A stretch of 64,000 bases of DNA from assembly GCA_963837155.1 (NCBI GenBank), contig CAWIMB010000001.1, positions 92,183 through 156,182 on the forward strand, written 5' to 3'. Below are positions 30,693 through 40,475 of the stretch, in pieces (the stretch's first letter is position 1; each line of letters begins with the position of its first letter). The notes under the pieces were generated by a model. It was not told where the DNA came from, did not search any database, and saw only the letters and a list, made by a program, of their open reading frames with translations. The translations under genes were made by a program, and so were the position numbers. This stretch comes from an uncultured Actinomycetes bacterium. GTDB taxonomy: Bacteria; Actinomycetota; Acidimicrobiia; IMCC26256; PALSA-610.

Positions 30693-32102
30693 ATGCGGCG
30701 TACGAAGATTGTCGCGACGGTCGGGCCCGCGACGTCGACGCCGGAGACGATGCGGGCGCTGCTCGACGCAGGGGTTGACGTCGTGCGGCTCAACGCCGCG
30801 CACGGCACCGGTGACATCTCGGCGCGCGCCAAGCTCGCGCGCGATACGGCCGCCAAGCTCGGACGCGCGGTCGGTGTGCTCATCGACCTGCCCGGCCCCA
30901 AGTTGCGTACCGGTCCGATCGCCGGTGACGAGGTCGAGCTCACCACCGGCCATCCGTTCACGCTCATTGCGACACCGATCGAGGGCGACGCGACCCGCGT
31001 GTCGACGACGATCCCCGAGCTGGCGCAATGGGTCGAGCCCGAAGACGACGTGTATCTGGCCGACGGTGCGATCGTGTTGCGTGTCGTCGCGATCGAGGGC
31101 CCCGACGTGCGGTGCGAGGTCGTGCGCGGGGGCGTGCTGCGGTCACGCAAGGGCATGCACGTGCCCCGCGCCGAGGCCCACGTGGAACCGTTCACGGACG
31201 CCGACGCCGCCGCGCTGCGCGTCGCCGTGAACATCAGGGCCGATTTCATCGGGCTCTCGTTCGTCCGCCGGCCCGAAGACTGCGACTCGGTACGCGCCCG
31301 GCTGCCGAAGCGCGGGGCGAAGCCGCAGCTCGTCGCCAAGATCGAGACCGCCGTCGCCCTCGACCATCTTCCGGGCATCGTCGGCGCCGCGGACGCGGTG
31401 ATGGTGGCGCGCGGCGATCTCGGGATCCAGGTGCCCGCGCGACGCGTGCCGCTGATCCAAAAGGAGATCATCCGCTTCTGCAATATGTCCGGCAAGCCCG
31501 TGATCACGGCGACGCAGATGCTGGAGTCGATGACCGAATCACCGTTGCCGACGCGCGCGGAGGTCAACGACGTTGCGAACGCGGTGCTCGACGGCACCGA
31601 CGCGCTGATGCTGTCCGAGGAAACCGCGGTCGGCCGGCATCCCACCGATGCAGTACGAACGATGAGCGAGGTCGCGGAAGCGGCCGAGTCGTGGCCGCAC
31701 ACCCGAACGACACCCGAGGGCGTGCGCGCCGCCGTCGACGACGACCGTGTCGCCTGGGCGGTCGCGCACGCCGCCGTGCAAGCGGCCGAGGATCTCGCGG
31801 TCGCCGCGATCGTCTGCCCGACCCAGAGCGGCACGACCGCTCGACGCGTTGCGGCCTTCCGACCGTCGGTGCCGATCGCCGGCATCGCGAGCTCGCCCGA
31901 GGTGTTGGGCGGGCTGTGTCTCGTATGGGGCGTGCGGCCGATCGCGATGCCGGAAGCCGCGGGCGACGACCACGTGCGCGCCGCGGTACGAGCTGCGCGG
32001 TCGTGCGGATTGGTGCACAAGGACGACTTGATCGGCGTGGTGTACGCCTCGCCCGGCAAACGCGCGGGCGCCACCGACACCGTCCGCGTCGTGAGGGTCT
32101 GA
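30693..32102 (+). CDS. pyk: Pyruvate kinase
   Basis: ORF 30690..32102: RRTKIVATVGPA...VRLNAAHG...KIETAVAL...MVARGDLG...ATQMLESM...MLSEETAVG. Confidence 0.95.
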   Translation: MRRTKIVATVGPATSTPETMRALLDAGVDVVRLNAAHGTGDISARAKLARDTAAKLGRAVGVLIDLPGPKLRTGPIAGDEVELTTGHPFTLIATPIEGDATRVSTTIPELAQWVEPEDDVYLADGAIVLRVVAIEGPDVRCEVVRGGVLRSRKGMHVPRAEAHVEPFTDADAAALRVAVNIRADFIGLSFVRRPEDCDSVRARLPKRGAKPQLVAKIETAVALDHLPGIVGAADAVMVARGDLGIQVPARRVPLIQKEIIRFCNMSGKPVITATQMLESMTESPLPTRAEVNDVANAVLDGTDALMLSEETAVGRHPTDAVRTMSEVAEAAESWPHTRTTPEGVRAAVDDDRVAWAVAHAAVQAAEDLAVAAIVCPTQSGTTARRVAAFRPSVPIAGIASSPEVLGGLCLVWGVRPIAMPEAAGDDHVRAAVRAARSCGLVHKDDLIGVVYASPGKRAGATDTVRVVRV

Positions 32103-32105
32103 CGT

Positions 32106-32624
32106 CTACTTCAGCTCGTTCAGCGTGATCGCGACGATCTCGCGGCCGGAGGCATCGAGGCTGCGCGAGGTGAGCTTCTCGATGATCGAGATCGCGTGCG
32201 GTCCGTTCTCGACGAAGCCCGCGTACAGCAGGTAGCCGGCGAGCACTCCGAGCAGACGGTCGCCGAACTCCTCGTGGTGCATGTAGAGCTTCTCGTCCGG
32301 GTCCTCGAGCAGCTTGGCCAGCGTGGTGTAGATCGCGAGGAGACGCGGTGCGAGCTCGTCGTGCGGACCGAGCGGGACGTGCACGTACGCGAGGCCCGCC
32401 TCGTCGTATGCGTGCAGGTTGTGCGGCGAGTCGAGCAACGACACCACGTGCGTGAACCCGTTGACCGACAGCCAGATCAGCTCTTCTTGCCGGCGGACCT
32501 TGCGATGGTTTCGCGCAAAGCCTCCGGGCCGCTCTCCCGCCCCGAGCCGATCCTTGATGACCCATGTGAAGTAACGAGGCTGGAGACCCTGGGCCCAGCG
32601 GCCACGCAATCCGCCGGTGGTCAT
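32106..32624 (-). CDS. Dual-specificity/PTP-fold phosphatase-like protein with non-canonical P-loop (Cys replaced by His)
   Basis: ORF 32106..32738. ATG 32624 overlaps the folP stop (ATGA). Fold-typical pattern: ...THVVSLLD...YVHVPLGPHDE...LYMHHEEFGDRLLGVLAGYLLYAG...AISIIEKLTSRS. Expected HCxxGxxR reads HHEEFGDR. Confidence 0.55.
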   Translation of the reverse strand: MTTGGLRGRWAQGLQPRYFTWVIKDRLGAGERPGGFARNHRKVRRQEELIWLSVNGFTHVVSLLDSPHNLHAYDEAGLAYVHVPLGPHDELAPRLLAIYTTLAKLLEDPDEKLYMHHEEFGDRLLGVLAGYLLYAGFVENGPHAISIIEKLTSRSLDASGREIVAITLNELK

Positions 32625-33499
32625 GCGGCGAGGCCGTCCTGCGTCACGCGCTCCATCACGTCGAGTAACTCGACGGCGCGCCGCGACCGTTCTACGTCGT
32701 GCACGCGTACGAGCGCCGCGCCGTGCTCGAAGCTCCACACGGTGATCGCCATCGTCGCATCCTCGCGGGTCTCGGGGGCGTGATCGGCAGCACCGAGCAG
32801 GCGGCCGAGGAATGACTTACGGGACGCGCCGACGGCGAGCGGCGCACCGACGAGCGGCCCGAGCTCCGGCAGCCGCCGCAGCAGCTCGACATTTTGTTCG
32901 ACGTTCTTTGCGAACCCGATGCCGGGGTCGGCGAGGATCGCGCGCGCGTCGATACCGGACGCCACGGCGTTCTCGACGTGCGCGCGAAGCGCGACGCCGA
33001 CCTCGCGCACGACCTCTTCGTAGTGCGCCTCGTGTTGCATCGTGCGCGGCGTGCCGCGCATGTGCATTACAACGAGCGCGGCAGTGGCCTCGGCGACGAC
33101 GCCCAGCATCTCGGCGTCGGCGGTGCCACCCGACACGTCGTTGACCATCGCCACACCCGCCTCGAGCGCGGCGCGCGCCACGGCTGCTTTCGTCGTGTCG
33201 ATGCTCACAGGCACACCGGCGTCCGCGACGAGCGCGCGCACGACCGGCAGGACACGCCGCAGCTCTTCGTCGGCGTCAACGGGATCAGCACCCGGTCGCG
33301 TTGACTCGCCGCCCACGTCGAGCACGGCCGCGCCGGATTCGGCGAGCGCGAGGCCATGAGCGATCGCGGCGGGTGCGTCGAGGTACCGGCCGCCGTCGGA
33401 GAAGGAGTCGGGCGTGACGTTGACCACACCCATCAGTGCCCGGCGCGGCAGATCGGCGACGATCAGGCGGGGGGAGGGCACGTGGCCGAGACTAGCCAA
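32621..33499 (-). CDS. folP: Dihydropteroate synthase
   Basis: ORF 32621..33499: MGVVNVTPDSFSDGG...DVGGESTRPG...SIDT...VNDVSGG...DPGIGFAK. Confidence 0.95.
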   Translation of the reverse strand: MASLGHVPSPRLIVADLPRRALMGVVNVTPDSFSDGGRYLDAPAAIAHGLALAESGAAVLDVGGESTRPGADPVDADEELRRVLPVVRALVADAGVPVSIDTTKAAVARAALEAGVAMVNDVSGGTADAEMLGVVAEATAALVVMHMRGTPRTMQHEAHYEEVVREVGVALRAHVENAVASGIDARAILADPGIGFAKNVEQNVELLRRLPELGPLVGAPLAVGASRKSFLGRLLGAADHAPETREDATMAITVWSFEHGAALVRVHDVERSRRAVELLDVMERVTQDGLAA

Positions 33500-33524
33500 C
33501 CGCTTGTCGTCTCCCGGGAGGGGC

Positions 33525-34130
33525 TCAGGAGCGGCCGACGCCCGGTCCGAGCAGCGCCATGACCTCGGCGCGGGTCGCGGCGTTGTCCTTGAACAGTCCG
33601 CGCACCGCGGACGTAACGGTCAGCGCGCCCGGCTTGCGCACGCCGCGCATCGACATGCACAAATGCTCCGCCTCGATGAGCACGAACGCGCCACTGGGAC
33701 GCAGAACCTCCACGAGCGCGTCCGCGATCTGCGTCGTGAGCCGTTCCTGCACCTGCGGCCGGCGGGCGAAGCCGTCAACGAGGCGCGCCAACTTCGACAG
33801 ACCCGTGATGCGACCGTCGCTGCCCGGGATATACGCGACGTGCGCGCGTCCGTGGAAGGTCGCGAGGTGATGCTCACACTGACTGAACAGCGGGATGTCA
33901 CGCACGAGCACCATCTCGTCGTGCTCGGCTTCGAACGTCACGACGAGATGCTTCGAAGGATCCTCGTGCAACCCGCCGAAGATCTCGGCGTACATCTCGG
34001 CGACTCGGTGGGGCGTGCGCTGCAACCCGTCACGGTCGGGATCCTCGCCGATCGCGATCAGGATCTCGCGCACCGCCTTCTCGATGCGAGCGACATCAAT
34101 CCCCTCGGGAACACCGTTGGGGACAGTCAC
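33525..34130 (-). CDS. folE: GTP cyclohydrolase I
   Basis: ORF 33525..34130: [10 protein letters not shown]...[21 protein letters not shown]...GLSKLARLV...QVQERLT. Confidence 0.95.
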   Translation of the reverse strand: MTVPNGVPEGIDVARIEKAVREILIAIGEDPDRDGLQRTPHRVAEMYAEIFGGLHEDPSKHLVVTFEAEHDEMVLVRDIPLFSQCEHHLATFHGRAHVAYIPGSDGRITGLSKLARLVDGFARRPQVQERLTTQIADALVEVLRPSGAFVLIEAEHLCMSMRGVRKPGALTVTSAVRGLFKDNAATRAEVMALLGPGVGRS

Positions 34131-34675
34131 GTAAACAATCCGTCCGTCGGGCCTTCGTACTCGGCGACGTAGGGCAGGTTGCGGTAGCGCTCCTCGACGT
34201 CGAGGCCGTAGCCGATCACGAACTTGGGCGAGATGCGAAAGCCGACGTACTTCAGGTCGGGGTCAATTCGTTGCAGCCCTTCCTTGACGAGCAGCGCACA
34301 CACCTCGAGTGACGCGGGGTTCCGAGCCTTCAAATTCTTGCGAAGGTAAGCGAGCGTCAGACCCGAGTCGACGATGTCCTCGACGATCAGCACGTGCCGG
34401 TCGGTGAGGTCGAGGTCGAGGTCTTTCATGATGCGCACGACGCCGCTCGTTCGGGTGGCCGACCCATACGACGACACGGCCATGAAGTCGAACTCCACCG
34501 GCAGGTCGATCGCACGCGCGAGATCGGCCATGAACATGAAGGCACCCTTGAGGATGCCGACGAGCAACGGCGGATGATCGTCGTACTCGGCCGCAATCTC
34601 CTTCCCGAGCTCACGAATGCGTTGCTGCAACTCGTGCTCGTCGACGACGATCCGACCGATATTCGGGTCGTTCAT
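34127..34675 (-). CDS. hpt: Hypoxanthine phosphoribosyltransferase
   Basis: ORF 34127..34900, with the real start at ATG 34675 (MNDPNIG) overlapping the tilS stop. PRPP motif [13 protein letters not shown]. Confidence 0.9.
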   Translation of the reverse strand: MNDPNIGRIVVDEHELQQRIRELGKEIAAEYDDHPPLLVGILKGAFMFMADLARAIDLPVEFDFMAVSSYGSATRTSGVVRIMKDLDLDLTDRHVLIVEDIVDSGLTLAYLRKNLKARNPASLEVCALLVKEGLQRIDPDLKYVGFRISPKFVIGYGLDVEERYRNLPYVAEYEGPTDGLFT

Positions 34676-35880
34676 GGGTTCGACGGCTCCGCGCTCAACC
34701 AGAGGAAACGCCGCGTGCTCGCCGAGACGCGCACGCGGCGGTCGACACGGTAACCGACGAGCCAAACCGGTCCGTCCGACTCGACGATCGGTGTGCGTGC
34801 TCCCGCCCGGATCACGGCCGTGTCGGCGATCAGATCGGCGTCGCACACGGCGATCCATCGCCCGTCCGGCCACGCCGCGGGCGGACCGTGCTCGATCCAC
34901 GCCTCGAGCAGGAGTGCGCCGAATCGGGCGCGTCCGGGCAGTGACAGCGATGCGTCCTGCGGGGCCTGCGGGTCCGCCGGGTCGGTGCGCACGAGCCGTC
35001 CGCCCACGCGGCGGACCTGCGCGCCGCCCGGCAGCTCGGTCGCGATGCGCTCGCCACGCGCGACAGCGAGGACCCGCTCGACCGTCGCCGCGGTCGGAGG
35101 CGGCGGACCCAACCGCCGGCGCAGCACGCGGCGTGCAAGCGCGACCGGCATCGTGGCGATCGCCTTGGCGTCGTCGGTACTGCGCTCTGCCGCGAGCATC
35201 TCGAGCAGCGTGTCGTCGTCTCGCAGAAGGTCGGCCTGGCGGGCGAGCACCTCAACAATGTCACGATCGGCGCCGCGCTCGAGCTGAGGAATGACCTCGC
35301 GCCGCAGCCACACTCGTCGGTGGTCAAGGTCGCCGTTCATCGGGTCTTGCACGGGCGCGTATCCCAGGCGCGCGCACAGCTCATGCGTGTCGGCGCGACG
35401 CAACCCAAGAAGCGGCCGGCGCACATTGCCGCGTTGCACTGGGATGCCAGCCAGCCCTGCAGTGCCGCTGCCGCGCAGCACGTGCATCAATACGGTCTCG
35501 GCCTGATCGTCACGGGTGTGCGCGACGAGGATGGCTTCGGCGTCGACCGCGGCGCACGCTCGCTCCAGGGCGGCATATCGCGCCTCGCGCGCCCGCGCCT
35601 CGAGATTCGCGCCGGCCCCGACGTTCACCACTTCGACGCGCGAGCCGGCACCGAGACGGGCGGCGACGCGTGCCACCGCTTCGGCTTCGTGCGCGGTGCC
35701 GGCGCGCAAGCCGTGATCGACGTACACCGCGACCGCGTCGAACCCGCGCGCACACACAAGCGCGAGCAGCGCGACGGAGTCGGCGCCACCGCTGCAGCCG
35801 ACGACCACCCGCGCACCGTCGGGCACGTCATCCAGCGCAACGAGCCGCGCGAGCCACGGATCGCACGCCCGGACGGCCAC
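34672..35880 (-). CDS. tilS: tRNA(Ile)-lysidine synthase
   Basis: ORF 34672..35997 has PP-loop VGCSGGADS and ...HTRDDQAETVLM. The GTG 35880 start is uncertain. Confidence 0.85.
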   Translation of the reverse strand: MAVRACDPWLARLVALDDVPDGARVVVGCSGGADSVALLALVCARGFDAVAVYVDHGLRAGTAHEAEAVARVAARLGAGSRVEVVNVGAGANLEARAREARYAALERACAAVDAEAILVAHTRDDQAETVLMHVLRGSGTAGLAGIPVQRGNVRRPLLGLRRADTHELCARLGYAPVQDPMNGDLDHRRVWLRREVIPQLERGADRDIVEVLARQADLLRDDDTLLEMLAAERSTDDAKAIATMPVALARRVLRRRLGPPPPTAATVERVLAVARGERIATELPGGAQVRRVGGRLVRTDPADPQAPQDASLSLPGRARFGALLLEAWIEHGPPAAWPDGRWIAVCDADLIADTAVIRAGARTPIVESDGPVWLVGYRVDRRVRVSASTRRFLWLSAEPSNP

Positions 35881-35894
35881 GGCCGCGTGTGCGG

Positions 35895-36989
35895 TCAGCG
35901 GCCCAGACCGGCGGCCTGCGCCGGACCCACGCGCACCAGCCACCGTTCGGGCGCGTCGAGCTCCGCGAGCGTCGGCAGGTTCTCGGGCGCATCCCACGCG
36001 GCGTCGATGGCGTGCGGTCCCGCGACCGCGATCGCGCCGCGCACGAACTTCTCGCCGACCTCGTATTGGCGCATCTTCTGCTCGAGCCCGAGCAGCTTGT
36101 GCAGGGCGGAGGTGATTCCCCGCTGCTGGCGTCGCTGCTGGAGTACCCGGGACATGCGCTCCTGCCCGGCGACGTGCTGCCCGCCGAGATCGTCCATCAC
36201 GACGTTGCCGTGCCCTTCGAGCAACGACATCAGCGCCTGCACTTGACTGAGCACACCGCGCTGCTCCGGCGACGCGAACAATCCGACGACACCGCCGTCG
36301 TCGAGTGGGTTCCGTCCGGCGCGGATCTCGTCGACGGCTTTGGTGACCGCGCGCATGATCGTGCGCGGGTCGGGGTCCACGAGGTCGAACGCCTGCCGGA
36401 CGAGACCAAGAAAATAGTCACGCATCCACGGCACCCCGGTGAACTGAGCGCGGTGCGTCACCTCGTGAATCGCGATCCAGAGGCGGAAGTCGCCGGGACG
36501 GAACGCGAACCGCTTCTCCAACCCCAAGACGTTGGCACCGACGTAGTAGACGGCGTCGCCTCGGGGGTCGTCGGGAACGAGCAGGTCGTATTGCCCGAGG
36601 ACCCGCTGGGAGAGATAGCCGAGCAGCACGCCGAGCTCGCCGGCCGCGACCCGGCGGCTCATCGGCGCCAGCGGGCTGTGCGCGAGGCGGGCACCGAAGC
36701 GCTGCATCAGCGGATCGAGCATGGTGCGCATCGATGTGAGATTCGAGTCGACCCACTGGCGCCGGTCGAGGACGCGTGCCGTCACGTTGTCAGGCCCGCG
36801 CAGCCCGGTGTACTCGGCGACCAGCGCCTCGGCCTGCACGGTGAGCGCCGCGAAGTCGGATTGGAGCGAGGCCGCCAGGTAGGAATCCGAGAGCGGATCG
36901 CGACCGGCAACGAGGTGGGCGATGCGGCGCGCCGTCGCCCAGTCGACGGGATCGGGCGCCCTGACCTCGGTCGTCTCGATGGAGGTCAC
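35895..36989 (-). CDS. Zinc-dependent metalloprotease/hydrolase (HExxH)
   Basis: ORF 35895..37106 has HEVTH within LWIAIHEVTHRAQFTGVPWMRDYF. GTG 36989 overlaps the upstream stop (GTGA). Confidence 0.7.
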   Translation of the reverse strand: MTSIETTEVRAPDPVDWATARRIAHLVAGRDPLSDSYLAASLQSDFAALTVQAEALVAEYTGLRGPDNVTARVLDRRQWVDSNLTSMRTMLDPLMQRFGARLAHSPLAPMSRRVAAGELGVLLGYLSQRVLGQYDLLVPDDPRGDAVYYVGANVLGLEKRFAFRPGDFRLWIAIHEVTHRAQFTGVPWMRDYFLGLVRQAFDLVDPDPRTIMRAVTKAVDEIRAGRNPLDDGGVVGLFASPEQRGVLSQVQALMSLLEGHGNVVMDDLGGQHVAGQERMSRVLQQRRQQRGITSALHKLLGLEQKMRQYEVGEKFVRGAIAVAGPHAIDAAWDAPENLPTLAELDAPERWLVRVGPAQAAGLGR

Positions 36990-37210
36990 TTGCGGGGGCG
37001 ACCCTTGGTCTCGAGGCGGCCCACCTTCACGTAGTACTGCGCGACCAGATTGGCCATGACGCCGGCGAAACCGATCGCGAGCAGCGGAGCAATCCAGTAG
37101 AACCACGGTCGGTGGCTGCCCCGCTCGACGAACGCGAGGATGCCGAGGGCCAGGCCGGCCAGTGCGACGACCACTCCGGTGATCAACGACACGATGGTGG
37201 ACGGCCTCAA
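36986..37210 (-). CDS. Small two-TM membrane protein
   Basis: ORF 36986..37210 has two hydrophobic helices (IVSLITGVVVALAGLALGILAF; WIAPLLAIGFAGVMANLVA). It is translationally coupled to the downstream gene. Confidence 0.55.
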   Translation of the reverse strand: MRPSTIVSLITGVVVALAGLALGILAFVERGSHRPWFYWIAPLLAIGFAGVMANLVAQYYVKVGRLETKGRPRK

Positions 37211-37350
37211 CGTTCCTCCTCGAGCGACGCCGAACGTCCTGTCATCGTACGCCGGGCGCCTGTAAGGCTTGGGAAAAGAGACGACAGCGCAGCGACCGGA
37301 GGGGAGCGGAGCGTGGAGTCGACCCAGGAATTAATGCGAGGGGAGCGCCC

Positions 37351-37575
37351 TCAGACGTCGATGTGAAGCGCCTTGGCGATGCGGGCCCGCAACTCGGCGG
37401 GAACCTCCTCGTGGCACTTCGACACCACGACCCGCCGAATCTCGATCTCGAAGGTGAAGCCCTGCGCGCACGGCGGGCACTCGTCGAGATGCCGGGTGAT
37501 CGCTCGGCGTCTCCACACGGTCAGCTCACCGTCGAGATACTCATAGACACGGTGGATCGCACCGTCGCAGTCCAC
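37351..37575 (-). CDS. rsrA: Zinc-binding anti-sigma factor (ZAS; RsrA/RshA-like)
   Basis: ORF 37351..37575 has the HxxxCxxC motif (HLDECPPC) plus an N-terminal Cys. It lies 7 nt downstream of the sigma gene. Confidence 0.85.
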   Translation of the reverse strand: MDCDGAIHRVYEYLDGELTVWRRRAITRHLDECPPCAQGFTFEIEIRRVVVSKCHEEVPAELRARIAKALHIDV

Positions 37576-37582
37576 TCCCCCT

Positions 37583-38167
37583 TCACCCCCCCGAAGCCGT
37601 CTCGACGCGAGGCCGCAGATTGTTCCGCTCGGCGTAGTCCCAGAGTTTCTTCTGGAGTGCCCGCCGGCCGCGGTGAATGCGGCTCATGACGGTTCCGATC
37701 GGCACGTCGAGGATGTCGGCGATCTCCTTGTAGGAGAAGCCTTCGACGTCGGCGAGGATCACGGCGATCCGGAACTGCTCGGGGATCGACTCCAGCGCGT
37801 CTTTGACTTCGGCGTCGGGGATGCCCTCGAGCACCTCGGCCTCGGCGGTGCGCGCTGCGTCGGCGGCTTCGAGCCCTCCGAGCCGCCGGTAGATGTAGAA
37901 GTCCTCGACGTCGTCGAGGTCGACCTGGTCGGGCCGGCGCTTCTTGGCGCGGTAGGTGTTGATGAACGTGTTGGTGAGGATCTTGTAGAGCCACGCCTTC
38001 AGGTTCGTGCCCTCGCGGAACCCGCCGAACCCGCGATACGCCCGCAGGTAGGTCTCTTGCACGAGGTCCTCGGCGTCCGTCGGGTTGCGCGTCATCCGCA
38101 ACGCAGCCGCGTACAAGGCCGACATGTACGGCATGGCTTCTTCTGCGAAGCGCGCCTGATCGGCCAT
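37583..38167 (-). CDS. sigH: ECF sigma factor, SigH/SigR-like
   Basis: ORF 37583..38293, starting at ATG 38167 (MADQARF). Region 2 is [17 protein letters not shown]...[15 protein letters not shown]. Region 4 is [30 protein letters not shown]. Confidence 0.9.
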   Translation of the reverse strand: MADQARFAEEAMPYMSALYAAALRMTRNPTDAEDLVQETYLRAYRGFGGFREGTNLKAWLYKILTNTFINTYRAKKRRPDQVDLDDVEDFYIYRRLGGLEAADAARTAEAEVLEGIPDAEVKDALESIPEQFRIAVILADVEGFSYKEIADILDVPIGTVMSRIHRGRRALQKKLWDYAERNNLRPRVETASGG

Positions 38168-38229
38168 GACGACGAGGGTACCCGGGGGACGCAAATCCGA
38201 GCCGCCCCCGGGACGGGCCGGATCGACGC

Positions 38230-39312
38230 TCAGGTGCGGAGCGACCCCGACGAGGCGATGACCTGGTCGTTTCGGTAGTGGGCGACCGTGCACTCCACGG
38301 CCCGCCTTCCCGCGATCCAGCTGCCGGGCTGGATCGGCTGCCAGCCCGCGTGCACGTCGTTGACGAGGTCGTGCCCGAGATAGGAGCGCGCGCTCCCGGC
38401 ACAGGCCTCACCGACGAGGTTGCCCCAGGCAGTGTTGTCGTTCGGTGCCGGTGGTTGTGCAACCTTGCCGGCGAGGTCGAAGAAGCCGACGACTTCCCAC
38501 TCGTGCGCATTGCGGCACGAACTCGGGTAGGGCGATGCACCACTCCAACACGACCCGACCTCGGCGAGGCGCGCTTGGGGAGCGCCGCCGACCTTGCCCG
38601 TGAACGGCACGAGCTGATGGGGCCGCGAGGGTCGTGCGGCCGAGACCTTGGCGACCCCGCACCAAATGGTGCGATCACCACGGGCCCAGGACTCACCAGA
38701 GGGTTGGACGCCGGTCGCAAAGAACAGTCCGACCGGATCAAGGTGCGTGCCGAGCAGTGCCTCGATACTCGCATGGCATCGCTTCTCGAAGAGCGCCGTC
38801 CATTGCACCTCGCTCGGGAAGTGGTCGCGGTTGCGTACCTCGAAGCTCTCGGTCATCTCGAGGAGATGCGGCTTCGCGCACGGCACGACCCTGGTCTCGC
38901 GTGCACCGACGCCCCGCTGGTCATACACGACACAGTCGCCGCGGCTATAGCTGCGGCGTTCGAGCGTGAAGATCGTCGACGTCGTGGCGCCGCCCGCCTT
39001 GTTCTTCTTTGACGGCGACGAGATGGCGGAGGACGTGCTCTTTCCGTCGTCGCGTTTCAGGAAACTCAACGGGCCGGTGCCGAGCACGCCGAGCAGCACG
39101 ACGACGAGCGCCGCAACGATCCCGTACCAGAACAACCGGCGCGCTCCGTGAGCGAGCTGCGAGCGGCGGTGCTCGCGTCGTGCCCCCTTGGCGTCGCGGC
39201 GTTGCGTCTTCTGGCGATGCCGCCCGTCGTCTTCTTTTACCTGCGCGGCGCGGACGAAGTCGTCGTCGAAGACCCGATTGAGGTCGTCGCCATCGCGTGG
39301 ATTGTCCCCCAC
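38230..39312 (-). CDS. Septum-formation-domain membrane protein
   Basis: ORF 38230..39408 has one TM ([19 protein letters not shown]). It has repeated Cys/His signatures (GDCVVYD...[13 protein letters not shown]; GSCWSG...[11 protein letters not shown]). The GTG 39312 start is tentative. Confidence 0.65.
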   Translation of the reverse strand: MGDNPRDGDDLNRVFDDDFVRAAQVKEDDGRHRQKTQRRDAKGARREHRRSQLAHGARRLFWYGIVAALVVVLLGVLGTGPLSFLKRDDGKSTSSAISSPSKKNKAGGATTSTIFTLERRSYSRGDCVVYDQRGVGARETRVVPCAKPHLLEMTESFEVRNRDHFPSEVQWTALFEKRCHASIEALLGTHLDPVGLFFATGVQPSGESWARGDRTIWCGVAKVSAARPSRPHQLVPFTGKVGGAPQARLAEVGSCWSGASPYPSSCRNAHEWEVVGFFDLAGKVAQPPAPNDNTAWGNLVGEACAGSARSYLGHDLVNDVHAGWQPIQPGSWIAGRRAVECTVAHYRNDQVIASSGSLRT

Positions 39313-39371
39313 GATCAGAAGCGTACGAGCGTGTACTGGTAGCGGTCTACCGTGTTCGTGTGCAGCGGGGC

Positions 39372-40475
39372 ATGTTGCGGGGTGTCGCGGCGTTCCGCTG
39401 GGGCACATGGATCTGGATGGCGGTCGTCGCGGTATCTCACCGCGATGCCATCGATCGGCCGCTCGCCGCGTGGGGACTCATCGGCGCCGCGCTCGCATGG
39501 ACGGTGACCGCGACCGTGCTCGTCCAACGCAATCCCAAGGCCCTCGAGCGGTGGCCCGCGATCGCTTGCGAGCTCCTCATCGGAGCCGCGCTCGGACTCG
39601 GCGGCGGCATCGCGTACGCGCACACCACCGACCCGAACGTTGCGTTCTCGAGTGTGCGTACGATCGGGTTCGCGTGGCCGATTGCCGGCATCATCAGTGC
39701 CGGGGTCGTGTTCGGCCCTGGCCCGGGCGCGATCGCCGGATTTCTGGTCGGTGTGCCGCGCATCTTCTCGCCGATCGTCAACGGCGTCACCTTCGACGAG
39801 TACCGCGGGGGCGGCAAGGCGTTTTCGATCCTGTCGACGCTGCTGCTCTATGCGCTGGCCGGCGGTGTCGCGGGCTACATGACGAGAGTGCTTCGGCGCG
39901 CGCAGGACGAAGTTGCCGCGGCACGGGCGCGCGAAAGAGTCGCGCGCACGTTGCACGACGGCGTGCTCCAGACCCTGGCGATCATCGAACGCCGCGCCGA
40001 CGATCCCCAGCTCGCGCAGCTCGCACGCGAGCAGGAGCGCGAGCTGCGCGAGTTCCTGTTCGGTGGTGACGGTAAGAATCTCGCCGATCTCGGTGCGCAG
40101 CTGCGGGCCGCGGCAGCACGCTACGAGGACGCGTTCGGTGGCCGCGTCGACGTCGTGATGGCGCCCGATCTGCCTGCGCTCGACACGGCGCGTGTCGAAG
40201 CGCTGGCAGGTGCGGTCGGTGAGGCACTCGTCAACGCCGGCAAGCACGGGCGCGCGCAACGCGTGACCGTGTTCGCCGAGCCGTCCGAGGCGGACGACGG
40301 TGTCATCTGTTCCGTGCACGACGACGGCCGGGGCTTCGAGCCCGCGACGATCCGCGAGGGCGTGGGCTTGTCGCGGTCGATTCGCGGCCGAATGGAAGAG
40401 GCAGGCGGCCGGGTCGAGATCGACAGCCGCCCGGGCGCAGGAACGGAGGTGCGGCTGTGGCTGCCGTGCGCGTAG
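39372..40475 (+). CDS. Sensor histidine kinase (HisKA_3 / NarL-partner type)
   Basis: ORF 39297..40475, start ATG 39372. It has N-terminal TM helices, an H-box (RVARTLHDGVLQTL) and an ATPase domain (NAGKHG...DDGRGF...GVGL). Confidence 0.85.
   Translation: MLRGVAAFRWGTWIWMAVVAVSHRDAIDRPLAAWGLIGAALAWTVTATVLVQRNPKALERWPAIACELLIGAALGLGGGIAYAHTTDPNVAFSSVRTIGFAWPIAGIISAGVVFGPGPGAIAGFLVGVPRIFSPIVNGVTFDEYRGGGKAFSILSTLLLYALAGGVAGYMTRVLRRAQDEVAAARARERVARTLHDGVLQTLAIIERRADDPQLAQLAREQERELREFLFGGDGKNLADLGAQLRAAAARYEDAFGGRVDVVMAPDLPALDTARVEALAGAVGEALVNAGKHGRAQRVTVFAEPSEADDGVICSVHDDGRGFEPATIREGVGLSRSIRGRMEEAGGRVEIDSRPGAGTEVRLWLPCA

Noticed and set aside
38168-38300. SigR/SigH-type autoregulatory promoter (GGAAT-N18-GTT) upstream of sigH
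   Set aside because: I found only GGATT with no correctly spaced GTT. A GGAAT at about 37328 is on the wrong strand and also lacks the -10 element. There is not enough to call a promoter.
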